A stretch of DNA of 63,999 nucleotides, the filler included, from Circinaria calcarea (lineage: Eukaryota): assembly GCA_051942165.1 (NCBI GenBank). It is 9 parts of 9 records of this genome, joined end to end, with 100 filler letters (N's around TTAATTAATTAA, not from the genome) between each part and the next. Parts side by side here need not be neighbours in the genome. Positions count along the whole stretch, not along the records: positions 7,153 to 14,203 come from JAVECS010001421.1; positions 14,304 to 21,350 come from JAVECS010001422.1; positions 21,451 to 28,496 come from JAVECS010001423.1; 6 more parts are not named here. One strand, given 5' to 3'. A model generated the notes under the pieces. That model did not search any database. It had not been told where the DNA came from and saw nothing but the letters and a program-made list of their open reading frames with translations. The position numbers and the translations under genes were made by a program. Positions 13,290-26,714 of this stretch are shown here, one piece after another (the stretch's first letter is position 1; each line of letters starts with the position of its first letter).

Positions 13290-13849
13290 ATGAGCACAAG
13301 AGAGGGCTGGACCGAGACGCAAATCTACGCCATAGCCGTTCTACGCTATTTCGAAAGTGCCCGCTTCGATGCCATTTCTCGATTCTTCAAAGACACCGCC
13401 AAGATTCTCAAGCCCTACTTCGACGAGGTCCCATGAAGGAAGCGTACCAACGATTCGACCGCAAGCAAAACCCAACCTTTTTCAGAGCCCTCGCGCTCGG
13501 GAACTCCAACTACAAGGTCAGATACTGGAGCCACTGTTACGCGGAATGGAAGACCCAGAGGAATTGGGAGGACGGCAGCCCTCAGGATCCATGTGTAGGT
13601 CCATGGAGACGGGATGAGGTCAGCATTATCGTCTGCTTGAGGGATGAGGTCAGCGTTATCGTCTGCTTGAGGGATGATAGGAATGTAGGATTTGATCGGA
13701 TCCACGACTTCTTGTGCGAGGAGTTTGGGAGGACGGAGCGGAATACCGTTCGGGTTATTAAGGCTTGTATCATCGAGCGGCGGTGGATCCGCAATCTCCG
13801 GTTGTTGTGGAGGTGGAGTCGAGTTGGGGGGAAGGAGTTAAGTGTCTGA
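13290..13849 (+). pseudogene. Frameshifted small gene with two Myb/HTH-like repeats
   Basis: WTETQIYAIAVLRYFESARFDAISRFF aligns gap-free with WRRDEVSVIVCLRDDRNVGFDRIHDFL; frame changes near 13430. Confidence 0.4.
13611..13677 (+). repeat. 30-bp tandem duplication (about 2.2 copies)
   Basis: gggatgaggtcagcRttatcgtctgcttga twice, then gggatga. Confidence 0.9.
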
Positions 13850-14203
13850 AGGCGTATGCGCTTTATAATGAATGGGCTTCGCGGATTGGATATCCGACGG
13901 TCTGAAGGAGAAGTGGGAAAATTTGGGGAAGAAGGGCAATGCGTGGCGTTCAGGCATGGGTCGTTTCTACTGAATACATTCTAGCTTGCGTAGGCCTACG
14001 ATTCTCAAATAACAGTATTTCACCAAATATAATTCTAATTGCAACAAATTAGGACTTTCGGAAACCTGATCCTCTGCAAAGCAATTTTACACACCACTTA
14101 AACTTTTTTTTTCCTTCCACGTCCCAGTCCTTGTTATCCCATCACCATCCCCCAATCCTCTATCCCCTCCCTCCTTATCTCTACTTCTTTTACCCACCCA
14201 AAT

Positions 14204-14303
14204 NNNNNNNNNNNNNNNNNNNNNNNNNNNNNNNNNNNNNNNNNNNNTTAATTAATTAANNNNNNNNNNNNNNNNNNNNNNNNNNNNNNNNNNNNNNNNN
14301 NNN
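14204..14303. other. Artificial contig linker
   Basis: N44-TTAATTAATTAA-N44. Confidence 0.98.
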
Positions 14304-14695
14304 GGGGGGGGGCCTTTGCCCAGGTCATTCATGTGGAGTGGAGTGGAGTTGGGGGGGCTTTTCTCATGGCATGGTTGGCTCCTGACAACCCCCCCCGGGG
14401 TTTCCCTGAATCGATACTTACTGCCATAAAATGCGTCCGGGGCAGCAGATGCATCTCCCACGCGAATGCCAAAAAAAAGAAACACTCGATTTACACCTTT
14501 ATATTATTGAAAGGGGGAGAGTTTGAAAGGGTGTGGCATTTCGGGATGGGGGATACAAAGAGTGCGGTGGGAAATGGTAACTTGTCTCGGGAGCCCCTAT
14601 TTGCAGACTTTCCTACTCTTTCACCCTTCACCCCCACCCCAACTCCAAGTCTCAATCTATACAGCTCCTCAAAACCCCCGCCCACAAACGTTTGT

Positions 14696-16361
14696 TCATC
14701 GTCCCAACATCTTCCATTCCAAAGCCCGCAGCGGCGGATAACAAGCCCCCACGAACCCAATGCCCACCCAGATGCCCAAATCCGACCCCTCGCTCCCTAC
14801 CATCCTCGCAATCGGTCCCACGTAGTACACCTGATCCATACTCACAATGAATCCCGCCCAGCCAATCAGAAAGGCAGTGAAAGCAGCAGCTCCGACGGGT
14901 ACCCGTCTCCAGTCCGTCCACCCGTCCCAATCGTACTCTGCCTTTGTCCGCCGGTGGAGGATGGAATGCTCTTCGAGGACAATAGTGAGAAAACTGGTAA
15001 CCCAGTAGCCCATCAGCGGGAGGAAGTTTTGAAAGATGGCAAAGAGATTGTTGCGGCTGCCAAGGGCGCAGGCCGTATAGATGAGCGCGCAGATGACGGT
15101 CCAGAGCCAGCGGGGAAGATGCTGCAGACAGTGTCCTAGGACTTGGAAGCTCAGGGCCGAAGAGTACGTGTTGGGGATGTTGTTCGCAACAACGCTCATA
15201 GTGACGACGACGCTGCAGAATCTGCCAAATGTGCCGAGACCATTGGAGCCTGCAACAATGAGTGCGCCCGACGAAGTGGAGTAGGCGGTTGCCCAGGAGG
15301 GATTGGTCAGGGTGCCGGAGGCGAGACCAACGCCGAGGAGGTTGACGAGGGAGTAGGAAAGGGCGAAGCCGGCAAAGGTCGTGCTGAACGTCTTTGGTGC
15401 GGATGTATTGGAGGAATAGTAGACGTAGTTATCCGCAGACGCAGGGAGCCAGGAGATGGGCACAGAGAGGTAGATGGGGTAGAACGAAAGCCTGTGCGCG
15501 TTGATGGTGGCGGTGTCTCCTTCGGAGGGATAGTTGGTATGGAATCTGGGACCAGCAGAGCCGATGAGGACGAACAGTACAAGAATTTGTGGGAGCCAGA
15601 CCCATCGCTCGTACAGGTGGAAGATTTTCATGCCAAAGGCGGCGACGACATAGCTGATTAGGGCGACGATGATGATACCAATAATAACGGAGATGTGACC
15701 GGAGGCGACAGCCGAGAGGACTTGGCCACCGACAACGCAGTCGATTACACCGTAGCCGAGGAAGATGACGATCTTGACAGGGACGGTTATTCAGATACTT
15801 TCACCGAACTCAGGGATGAAATTGTTAGTGGGTCTTACGATTAGGATGCAGCATATTTTGCTGGGATAGTAGCCCATGAAATATCGAGCTACGATCTGCC
15901 CCTTTTTAAAACTCATGGCTCAACCTTCAGCCCAGAAAGATACGCACCATTGTCCTATGCCCACTCCGAGGGCGCCATGTACTCATATACGCCACGCTCA
16001 TCGAACCCAGCAAAGCCCCAAAGACCGAGCACAGAGCGGAATCCAAAAAGCTCAACTTATAGACCAGTGGCCCAATAGGCCAACAGCGATGTTGTTGGCC
16101 GTGATATTTGTGTTGAGTAACTGTAGCGCAATTTGCCAATACTCAAAGGTGGACGCCTCATGACGCTCTGATAGCATGACCCTGCTGATGCCCCTCGGCT
16201 TCGAGACATGCTAGGGACTCGATTTTGGCATTCCATTTTGCAAATCTACTGAGCCAGTCGGGATCAGACTCATTGCTCACGACCGAGGAATCGTCGTTCG
16301 GGGAGTCAGCGGGGCGGAGGCCCTTTTCGAAATCGGGGGGATTCACCGATGGTTCTGCCAT
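14696..16361 (-). pseudogene. Purine-cytosine permease (NCS1, Fcy2-like), disrupted by two frameshifts in exon 1
   Basis: EA/RGISRV, GLLG/PLVYKLSFLDS, ARYFMGYYPSK, VANNIPNTYS, FQNFLPLMGYW, SMDQVYYVGPIA, YPPLRALE; frameshifts near 16195 and 16070; two introns between about 15948 and 15772. Confidence 0.75.
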
Positions 16362-16881
16362 CGTGTTCTGTCTGAGAAATGACTGTACATGCTGTTATTC
16401 AACCATCTGACTAGCCACTAGACTGCTGCTGGAGGAAGTTGAAGCATATAAGAAATTGTTGCAAAATGCAGGTACCTATATCTCTCATGTACAATGAGGT
16501 TATCAACCTCTGTGTACGAGAAGAATGTCCATATAGTAGAGAGGTTCAGCGCCATCTGCAATAGCACTAGGATATGTTTAGCTATTCACAGATGTGTAAC
16601 GTAAGTCAGTAGGCATGGTAGATGAATCGAAAATGTCCAGGATGGTGGGCGATGTTGTCCGGAGGACTTCGGACGATCCTTTGACATCCTAGATTAGGAA
16701 TAGACAAGCTGCATGTATAAGATTCAAAGCCGTCCAAGGAATTCCAGTATCGTGTTTAGACTAGAGCGCTTTCTGCAGCTTGCACCACCCAGGAGGATAA
16801 GACATCTCTCCTTACATAAAACAATCAGCTGATGTCGACATGGCCAATTCCCTTCGCATGTAGCGTGAAGGCAAAGCTCCG

Positions 16882-18396
16882 TCAAATATAAAATCTCTTA
16901 CTACTCTCATATATTCTTTCACTAACGTATAAGGTCTCCGTCGCAGTTATCAGGTGAATTAGCGTCTTAAGAGTCGAGTCACAAGAACTCACTGTTAAGA
17001 TGATGTCGAGATGGCCAAGGCGATCGGAAAGGGGGACGGATTCGTCTGGTGGGTCTTGGCTCTCAAAATCTGGAGGTAGGGGTGCCACGCGAGACCTCGA
17101 TATATGGTCAAAGTTGACAGCACGATAATATTAGCTATAACAACGGCCTGCCCTTCTGATTCTTGGGATTATTATAGAAACCGGGACGTGCTGCCTCATG
17201 GATTAAGTTGACACCACTATTCTGCCGTTCTTTCTCCGACCTTTAGCCACACGCTGGGAGAACAGACCACGGTTCCAAAGTCCGAGTAACTCAAAACATC
17301 AATCAAATGGGGACGATGTAGACTTCTAAGAAAGATGGCCCAGCCATCAATGTACTGAGTAAGGATCTCTTATCCAGCGATGGTATTAGTAAAGACTGAT
17401 CTCGAGAGGAGAAGGCATATGGACAGATCCGGGTGTCATCGAATTTCTGTAACAAAGCGGCACATTCTATTGTTTAAGTAGTTTCAGCTGTTTGGTTTTC
17501 CACAAACCCGCCTTATCACGTTCTCAAGGAGACCTTCTGAAATACCGGCATGGTCATCGAGACATGTGTAAGTTCGTTGACTTATGGACGTAGCTCGAAA
17601 CAGAGCGTTGAGGGTCCTAGCCGCAGTTGATTATGCTTTTCTCTCTAGGAGCTGAATGAGTCGGAAATTCATGCAGGTCATGGGAGCCTTGAGTGTCTGT
17701 TGGAGGTAGGGTTGTGTTTCAGTAGGAGTTCCGGCATTTGGAATCGAGGCAAGCGGGCTCAAGTGTGGAGTGGTAAGAGTGTCATTCAACTATCTACAAG
17801 AGGATTGGAGGCCCCCTTTAGGACTTAATTCTCAACCGTGGACATGAGGACCCCAGCTCTCATCGGGGCGCCGGCAAGGTGGGCTTCGTTATCCACGTCG
17901 AATCCGTCGAACCTGACTTTCTTGAGCTTTGGGAGGGAAACCGCGTCCAATCGAACATAGTTGCCCAATCTCCCTCGAATAGCCCAAACGTTCCCAGTTC
18001 GAGGTCTTTAGGGGATAGTGGCCAAAGGATCCCTGGAGCTATTGACTTCCAGCTGACAATCTGCGAAGTACAAACTTGAGGTGGAGAGCCACAAATACGG
18101 TTGAAATAATACTCTCAAACATGTACAGCCGCGTTGAAGAAGGGTCCTACAAAGTGTAGACGCAAGCTGTTCAGGATGGCATTGCGACGAGACGAGATTT
18201 GAGGCGTTATAGACCTCAAAATCTTTAAGCTGGGATGAAAGGTAGATTCGACTGAAACAAGTTGGGCGTCGTAAGCGCACACCACACCCGGCAGACGAGC
18301 GGCAAAGGCTTCAAGTCAGCTTTGGAGAGATTGATGAAGATGTTTTGCGCGGACCTCATTCGGAAGATGGATGTGATGAGAGGTATCATGAGCCAT
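16882..18396 (-). pseudogene. Decayed F-box protein gene
   Basis: Joining three frames from ATG 18396 gives HLPNEVR/QNIFINLSKADLKPLPLVCRVWCALTTPNL/FSRIYLSSQLKDFEVY, an F-box pattern; stop-riddled downstream, 3' limit uncertain. Confidence 0.55.
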
Positions 18397-19348
18397 GGTA
18401 ACCGGACATGTACCGTTAGGCGGATCTGTAGGATATGGGTTAACGGTGTGGAGGAGAGCTCTAGGTGGTCCGATGGTAGAATAGCTGGTCGCGATATGGT
18501 CGTCTTTGAGATTGAACCCCCCTTACCACGAGAAATTATTTGTCAAAAGTTTGGCAGTGTCACCGCAGCATATCGCTTACTCCGTCGGCCAGCTGCAGCT
18601 GGTTGGAGCACCGTATTGCGGTCATCTCCCCTCGAATACCGAGAATCAAGTACAGAGTAGCGTAGCTATACAGACGTCGGCGTTGAAAAGAGGATTGTTG
18701 CCGTCATGGAATGGGTGGAGTTCTAAGCTCCAAGTCGAAAGGCATAACTAAGCCATCTAGTAGCGTGCCAAGATATACGCTCCATAGCGTCTCTGGCGGA
18801 AGTCACGACAGAGACTGACTAAAGATACTCATCATCAACGGGTTGGACGGAGGCCGATCGGCTGTACTATCCCTTTGCGGCTCCCTCGACTCTCGGAATA
18901 CCACCGTCCTCGCTCTCTCCATGTATCATCGCCCCGCTCCAACCTCTCCTATCTCCCGCCCCTGCCGTCATTTGCCTGCGCGAAGTCGCAAATCTTGCCG
19001 TCAGATCTTAGGTAGCATCTTTAGCCCATGGCCATGTTGGCCACCGGCCATGCTCGCTTTCCCCTCTCGGTGCATTATCACGACAATGCAAGCTGCAAGT
19101 CGTCGTCGATTCCCCTTATTTCATTGGACTTTCCTCCTGGAACTCTCACCACCACTAACTCGACTTTGAAAGTTGCAGAAGGTGGGGCGCCCTGTACTGC
19201 ACCGACTAGACGCATGCTGCAAGAGAACTGAGCTCAGCCGGGCAATCACTGCTGAAGAGCTCCCCCTCATTGTCAGTCTCCTCCTTCTCCACCTCTCGTT
19301 CCTTTTCAGTTTCCGACTCGGACAGTCTGTTTGTGCCTGTATATTATC

Positions 19349-20597
19349 ATGTCTTCCTCCTCCCATCGATCGTCTGCACTGCAACAGGCCGACTGGTTAA
19401 CCGGTCCAGAGGAAGGCGGAAATGCTGAGCCACGAAAATCCGGATCCATCGCCGAGGAGATAATGCCGCAAATCAAACCGGTCAGGTCCACTCTCGGTCT
19501 CAATCCAAATCCACCAGTCGACGAGCAGCACCTGGAACAAGAGCAAGCAAAGCTCCGTTGGGGCCGCATCAGAATCATCCTTCGAGAGCCCTTTGCCGAG
19601 TTCTGGGGCACCTTTATACTCGTGCTGTTCGGCTGTGGCAGCATAGCGCAGGTTCTCCTCAGCGCCGGCCTCACAAATGCACCCGGCAGGAATGGGTTCG
19701 GGGAGTACCAATCGATAAACTGGGGGTATGCCACAGTCTCTCTCTCCTCCTCTGTCTCATCTTGATTGGTCGATACTACATTGTGGGTGATGTGCTGATG
19801 CTTGGCCCGTGACAAACAGCTGGGCAATTGGCCTTATGCTTGGCGTTTACGTTGCTGGGGATTCAGGCGGCTACCTGAATCCCGCCGTCACTTTGACCAA
19901 CTGCCTATTTCGCAAACTTCCCTGGAAGCGTTTCCCCATCTACTTTCTTGCACAATTCCTCGGGGGATTCATCGGCGCAGGCGTCGTATATGCAAACTAC
20001 GTCGCCGCCATTGATAATTTTGAAGGTCATGGTGTTCGAACTGTTCCTCCATCCAGTACTGCCACTGCGGGCATCTTTGCAACATATCCGCAAGGGTTCC
20101 TGCCTACGGGGAGCATGTTTGTCTCCGAGTTCATCGGAAGTGCAGTCCTGATGTTTGTGATATTCGCACTCAAGGATGAGTCAAACATTGGGGCGGGTAA
20201 GCTGTTTCCTTTGGGCCTATTCTTCTTGCTCTTCGGTCTAGGTGCGGCCTTTGGATATGAGACCGGCTACGCTTTGAACTTTGCGAGAGATTTTGGTCCA
20301 AGACTGATGACATATGCCCTTGGATATGGACCCGAGGTGTGGTCTTCGAATCGATATTACTTTTGGGTACGTGTAATCCGCACAACCTTACAAGGCACTT
20401 CGAATGGCAAATCATACTGATCTTTTGCAATTCAGATTCCCATGGTTGCTCCATTTCCAGGCTGCATCTTCGGCGGTTTCCTTTACGACATTTTCATCTA
20501 CACTGGAGAAAGCCCAGCCACTACCTTTGTCACCACCTTTATCGAACCCAATCGTGCATTGGGTAAGTCGAGAGACTCGTCAGGCGATCAAGCTTAA
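19349..20597 (+). CDS. Aquaglyceroporin (MIP family); introns about 19726-19819 and 20367-20435
   Basis: REPFAEFWGTFIL, SGGYLNPAVT, ATAGIFATYP, GYALNFARDFGPRL, YFW/IPMVAP; start and C-terminal tail less certain. Confidence 0.9.
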
Positions 20598-21350
20598 CTG
20601 TTTTTATACACAACTCCTATTGCTCAGTACTATTGTCTTTGCTTTTCCTTGACCATGGCTCTTAGTTTCAGCATAGCGAAGGTTTAGCGTACATGATACC
20701 TGTTTCGGATTGTCGACGAAAAAGGACTCCATTCTAAGCTTGTGATTTAGGTAGGAGATATACACAAATATTGACATAGGTACTCCACCTCCCTTGTCCA
20801 TTGACAGAATTTGGGAAATCGACTGTGAAGGTTTCTTCATTAGCACAGCGAACCCTTCCCGATACGACTACAAAACGCGATGATGTCGGGAAGGGACCCT
20901 CGCGACAATGAATATAAAGGCTACTGTAGACAATTTATTCATTCGTCTTCTTAACCATCACTCCCCTTTCTACAATGCATACTTTTATCCAATAGCCCGA
21001 CCGGCCAATGGAGTTTAGCACTCAAATATCAATACCGAGTCATGTCATGCTCAACCACCATCCCAACCCGTCCTCCCGTCCCTCACTCCTAACCAAGTAG
21101 ATAAAAACAGCCATCCACCAGAACAGTGGCAATTACATCAATCAGCCACGTACACCAACCACTTTACGGGACAACTTTCAATTTTCCTTCCATACCGCAC
21201 ATCCGCGTCCCCCTTCCTTTTGGGGCCCCCCCTTGGTTTTCCGGCTTCAAAACGAGAATCGATGGTCCAAAACCACACTTGTTCAATATATACGAGTACG
21301 AATACAAAGCTCCAGTCCGATGACCCTTCCTTCACCCGACAACTCTCGCC

Positions 21351-21450
21351 NNNNNNNNNNNNNNNNNNNNNNNNNNNNNNNNNNNNNNNNNNNNTTAATT
21401 AATTAANNNNNNNNNNNNNNNNNNNNNNNNNNNNNNNNNNNNNNNNNNNN
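21351..21450. other. Artificial contig linker
   Basis: N44-TTAATTAATTAA-N44. Confidence 0.98.
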
Positions 21451-22851
21451 GTATCATATGCGGGGGCAACCTCGACGATATCCGCAGCGATCAAGTTGAT
21501 ACCTTCCAGCCCCCGGATGATAGTGCGCAGCTCACGCGTCGACCAGCCGCCCGTCTCCGGGGTTCCTGTTGCAGGGGCGACTGATATATCGTTAGATCGT
21601 GACAGTAAGGGGATGTGAAGGGTAGCATATGGACCTACAAGCAGGATCCAAGGTGTCAATGTCGATACTCAAGTAAACAGGCTTGGTCGTGCCCACTCTC
21701 TCTCTGATCTTCTTGACAATACCAGCCATACCAATCGTATCTATTTCTCGTGCCTCTACAATCTCGAAGCCGCATCTGTCGTCGTTATCATAGTCGGATA
21801 AACCGGAAAGTGTAGTGCGGATACCGGCATGGATGTTCGTATCGTTTGCAAGGAGACCTTCCTCGTGCGCATGGAAGAAATATGTTCCGTGATTGACGGT
21901 GGCCTGTTGAGAAGGAGCGCCTCCGAACACTTTGGGCCGCCATGTATCTCTGCAAGGATGATCAGACAATCTCAAAATAGTGAGTAGTTGGAGTGAATCA
22001 CAACTCACAAATGACTATCGAAATGGATAACGCTAATGGGGCCATATGCCCGGTTCACACTTCTCAACAAAGGAAGAGTGATGGTGTGGTCACCGCCAAG
22101 AGTGATGACTCTCGGAAGAGTTTTTCCAGCCTTAGATGGCCCCTTCTTATTCGAATTCGTTGCTGGAGACCGCATCAGGATACTGTTATGCCCTTCTTCG
22201 ATCTGTTGAATCCCATATGCATTGTCGTAGCTATAAAGGGTTAACACGAGACCAGGGAGCAGCGAATCCGATGCCGTACGAAGTAACTGGAATATCTCCA
22301 CAATCTAGCACCGTAGCCCAGCAATTGAATGGATTTGCATCGAGAGGCACATTGTATCCGCCGCTAAAGCGTACTGTGCGTCAGCCTTTGAAGGTGGAAA
22401 AGTAAGCTAAGCGGATATACATACTAAAGATTCAAACGGCGAGAACCTTGCCTAATGCCGTTGGGTCCAAAACGAGCTCCCGGCCGATACGAAGTACCAG
22501 TGTCAAAGGGTGCTCCTGTTGTAAAAGGAATGAGCTAGCAGTTGAGGACGCTGGAGGGTGAAGTGTACCTATGAAAGCAATGTCGTATTTCTCTTCGTCG
22601 CTAGCAAGGCAGGGAAAGTATGGTAGGCGCCCAAAAGTGGAGATACCAGAGAATACCGAATCGGCCTGTCCGCGTTAGTCGGCAGCTTTACTGGGACTCG
22701 AACGTTCAACAATCACCTGAGTGCCTCCATCACCCGGGAGGGCATTATACCACAAGCTCTTATGGGGTCCAGCAATTGGAGCCTGACCATGATCACCATG
22801 TGCAATAACGCCGGCGACAAGCACAGCGATAGCAACTATACTGTGCAACAT
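21451..22851 (-). CDS. Ureohydrolase (agmatinase/guanidinobutyrase type) with N-terminal signal peptide; 6 introns; 3' end cut by contig edge
   Basis: [57 protein letters not shown]; hydrophobic start [17 protein letters not shown]. Confidence 0.92.
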
Positions 22852-23488
22852 CCTAACGGTCAACCTTTCCAAACGATGAAGGTATATTCTGTGCTACTCT
22901 AGACAGGTGGGAAATCACCAAGCCCGCCTAGCTAAGTATTTCTCTCGGTGCGGTGACACAACAGCCAGGACCGCCTCTGAGCCGACTCCAGAGTCCATGC
23001 ATGGCCTAGCTCTACCGATCAGATTGTCCTTTCCCAATCATCTTATTCGATTCGATCTCGTTAGGTAACGACAGTCACCTGCATTTGGAAGACGGCAGGA
23101 TTCGATGGCAGTTCAGCCACGCTGTGCTGTTCATCGTGATGGATGAGTAAAAGCGTTGACAGCCGCAATCGAGGATCCAGTGCGTTGGCGATTATCCCGG
23201 TCATACCCGCAGGATATGTAGGATTCTTATCAATGACTTGAACGGCTGTGACTGTACCTTGTACGTGGATCGAGGATCGTAAGGATTCAAGCGTGGCCGC
23301 CCATGGCCGTTGTGTAAGGTAAGCACAACCATCACGTTAAGCTTCGGCGGGGCCATTGTCGGTAACCGCTAACAATTTGTTATCGCAATCGCACACTCGA
23401 GGAATTGGGTAATCATGAACTTGTATCGTGAATTCTCATAGCCTAATGGCTATCGTATTCCATTGCTATCACGCTGCAGGGTCCGTCT

Positions 23489-25133
23489 TCAATTCTCAGC
23501 CTGACCGTTTTCGGGCGCTGATGTTCCATTTTCTATCCTTTCACCTTCGTCCATCCTCCGGAAAGCTTTCTCCACCTCATAATCCCAATTGCTGAATGCC
23601 ACGATAAGCCATTCCAGAGCCCCCACCAGGTACAGGGCAATACATTGCCCAACCCATAGCCCTTTCAGACCCCATCCGTGGAAAGCCAGGTAGATGCCGA
23701 GCGGCAGTGCGCCACAGTAGTAGCTAACGATGTTGACCGCCGCGCCAATGTGCTGTCTTCCCATACCACGGAGACTGCCTCCACAGCTTCCATTTAAGCC
23801 GTCCGCAATCTGGAAGAGCGCGACAAAAGGCAACACCTCAGCCGTAAGCTTCACAACGCTTTCGTCGTTGTTGAAGATCTTGGCAAAGTGATCCTTGGTA
23901 CCCATGAGAATCGCTAGGACCACGGCCCCTAAGAGCATACTTAACCATGCCGCCGTATTTGCCGCTCTCGCCGCTCCCCTGGGGTTTTTGGCTCCGAGCA
24001 TATTTCCCACTCTGGCGCTAGCAGCGACGCCGACGCCAAAGGGTATGGTGTTCATGACCTGATCAGAAGTCATAATGACACTTTGCGCCGCGAGCGGAAT
24101 AGTTCCAAGTCTGCCGGCAGCCAGAGCCACGATTTCAAATGCCCACCATTCAGTGCCGACATGAACGATACCTAGAACGGCAAGTCTTGCAAAAGTCCCC
24201 ATGTGATGGAGACATTTCTTAGACCATCCTCCCCAAGCGTCCCAGCCCTTGACAAAACGAGCATAAGCCAAAAGTAGCAGGAAGGAAAGCCAATACGATA
24301 TACCCGTCGCAACCGGGGCACCGAGAAGGCCCATTTTGAAAGTATAGACAAGGAGGAAGTTAAGGCCGGCATTGATAGGTGACGTGATGAGTAGCACATA
24401 AGTGCCAGGCCTCATGATCTCTGCGGCACATGAGTTGGGAGCAACGGATATATATAATTGAATACGTACCTTGGGCTTGTAGGTACTTTTTCATAGCTTC
24501 AAAGTAAATATAGCCTAATCCTCCTGGGATAAGACAGCTGAGGAACCTGGCACTATCCCTAGATATTTGGGCATCTTGCCCGAGCGCCAAAAACACGGGT
24601 TCCGAGAAGATCCAGAGAATGCAGACCGGGATATAGAAGACTCCTAAGATAATGAAAGCCCTCTGCAGAAGGATACCTAAATCATGAGGATTCTTGCTAC
24701 CCGTGAATGTTGCAGAACATAGAGTATCGAGTGCCGTCGTCCCGCCTAATGCAATCAGCCAAGCCGTACACATGGCGAACATGTATGCAAAAGCGGCCGT
24801 GGCCAGGTCCTCCGGCGTTCCTCGTCCTACAATGACAACCGATATGGTCTGCAGAGAGTTTTGCAGTGCGTATGCCAAGATGACAGGTACCGAGCCTTTC
24901 AAAAGCACGAGAAACTCATAAAGTACGAGTTTCGAGGTGGGCTTCCCCTCATCCTCCAGGTCGTAGATCTCTCCGTCCTCCTGGCTGGATGACTGGTCCG
25001 AGTTTCCATTGGGCTTTTTTAAGAGACTCGACGTCTCGTTTGGGGGAGTATCGGTAGAGGATCCTTTGACTTTCCTAGAAGCTAGTGTAAGGAAATCAGG
25101 TAGCCAGCTTTGGGCGGGGCCGGTCTTGTCCAT
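23489..25133 (-). CDS. MATE-family efflux transporter (Erc1-like); intron 24469-24421
   Basis: GGTTALDTLCS, KKYLQAQ, EWWAFE, RVGNMLGA, GSLRGMGRQ. Confidence 0.93.
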
Positions 25134-26714
25134 CTTCAGGCTTTGACGTGAATGCTGCAGGTAGTCTATGGAGAAATCGAAATGACAGATGGATCAAGAA
25201 TCACGGACAGGAGCATTGATATTCGAGTTCGCCAACAAAGAGCACCGCGGCCACCATCCGACAGAAGAAAATTAACCAGGGGGGGAAAAGTACATCTGCG
25301 AGGATTATCTGGTAGGCGGACACCATACCCCGTACCCCGGAAAGCCATGTCGGCACCGCTCTTGATTCCACAAGATCGGATTCGTCCGGTGAACATGTCG
25401 CAAGTATGCACCCTCACTAGTTGGGTAAAGTCACTGCATCGACGGCGACGGGCCGGCAAGAAGAACAGAAGCCATGGGGGAGAAGTTCGGGCATTGGTCT
25501 GCGTCCAGATCCTACCTAAGGGAGATAGAAAGCCTCCTTATCGTTTCTCAATAGAGCGAATGATAAAGCGCGAGGAAACGCATGACATACCGCTTTATGT
25601 AAATGAGTCGGGAATCCCACCGGGTGACGTTGCATTGCCTAGTGGTATCTGTGTGGATTTGCATCCATGGCAGTTAGAAGTACTGGCAACTCCAGGACAC
25701 TTCTGCACGCGGCTTAGCATGTCCTCTGCATCAAACAGATTTCGGTCACTCCCGCAGCTGACGATGGTCGATGAGATATCAAATTAGATAGGAAGTAGGC
25801 TAGACCGAACGGGGCCTAGATCCTTGCCATATGGTAATCTTGTACATGTATGGTACAGACCAAAAGCGAACCTCGTAGTCGCCACCCTCCACTTTCTCCC
25901 CGGGCCTCCTCGGCCGCTTCCGGTATGCGGAATCCCACCCAAACCAGAGTAGATACTCCTCTCTGCTCCGGGTTACTGTTAGGTCTAACATGCGCCCGGC
26001 GGTGGAGATCCGACGGGGTCCACTCTTCCTCTCGCTCTTTTGTCATCCATGGCCAGGGTACCTCACCTGATGGGTAGTATCCGACCATCACCAATTCTGT
26101 CAGCCTCGTGATCCAACGCGCGGCATGGTAGCGATAGGGATAGGCAGAGGTAGCCGCCATCGCCGCCGCCCTACTATTGCCCGAGGCAACAGCAGAGCAT
26201 TCGAGTTGACTTGTACAAGTAGCATTCTTGGTGGCAGGCGACATGAGTTGTAGGATTACCGTTGCGTCGAATGGCATTAGCAACGTCAACTACCAGGCTT
26301 TAGTGTCCATGCTGATCGGCCTGGAGAAGGGGGAAGACCATCCGATCGCAAGTTGCCAAAATCCTTTTTCATCCAAACACACGATCGCCAATGTATCAAA
26401 GCCTCGTTTTCCTACTGTAGCCCGAATGCGGAGGCTGCATGTTCAGATGGTCCAAAGGAACTGTCCAGTGTCGACCCCTCTCTCCACAATAGAATCCCGC
26501 ACCTCCTTTTCCCGGGAGATTGCAGTTTCGCCGCCCGCCTTATCCTTATCTCCCTTTTGCCCCCGTTTCCACTGCGGGAAGCCGTCTGCGCTTCAAGCCT
26601 ACCGGGTCACTTTTCATCCTTTAGCTATTCGTTAGAAATACTATCTCTCCTACATGATGCGCTGCACTTCGCTTGTTCCAGTACCATTGTCATCGGCTGT
26701 CCAGTCACTTTGGG

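Noticed and set aside
14333..15661. Long plus-strand ORFs (268 and 172 aa)
   Set aside because: Antisense shadows of the GC-rich permease coding sequence.
14696..16500. TPP riboswitch at the NCS1 permease or other transporters
   Set aside because: No CUGAGA plus GAU...UAAU...GCG aptamer core found on the sense strand by eye.
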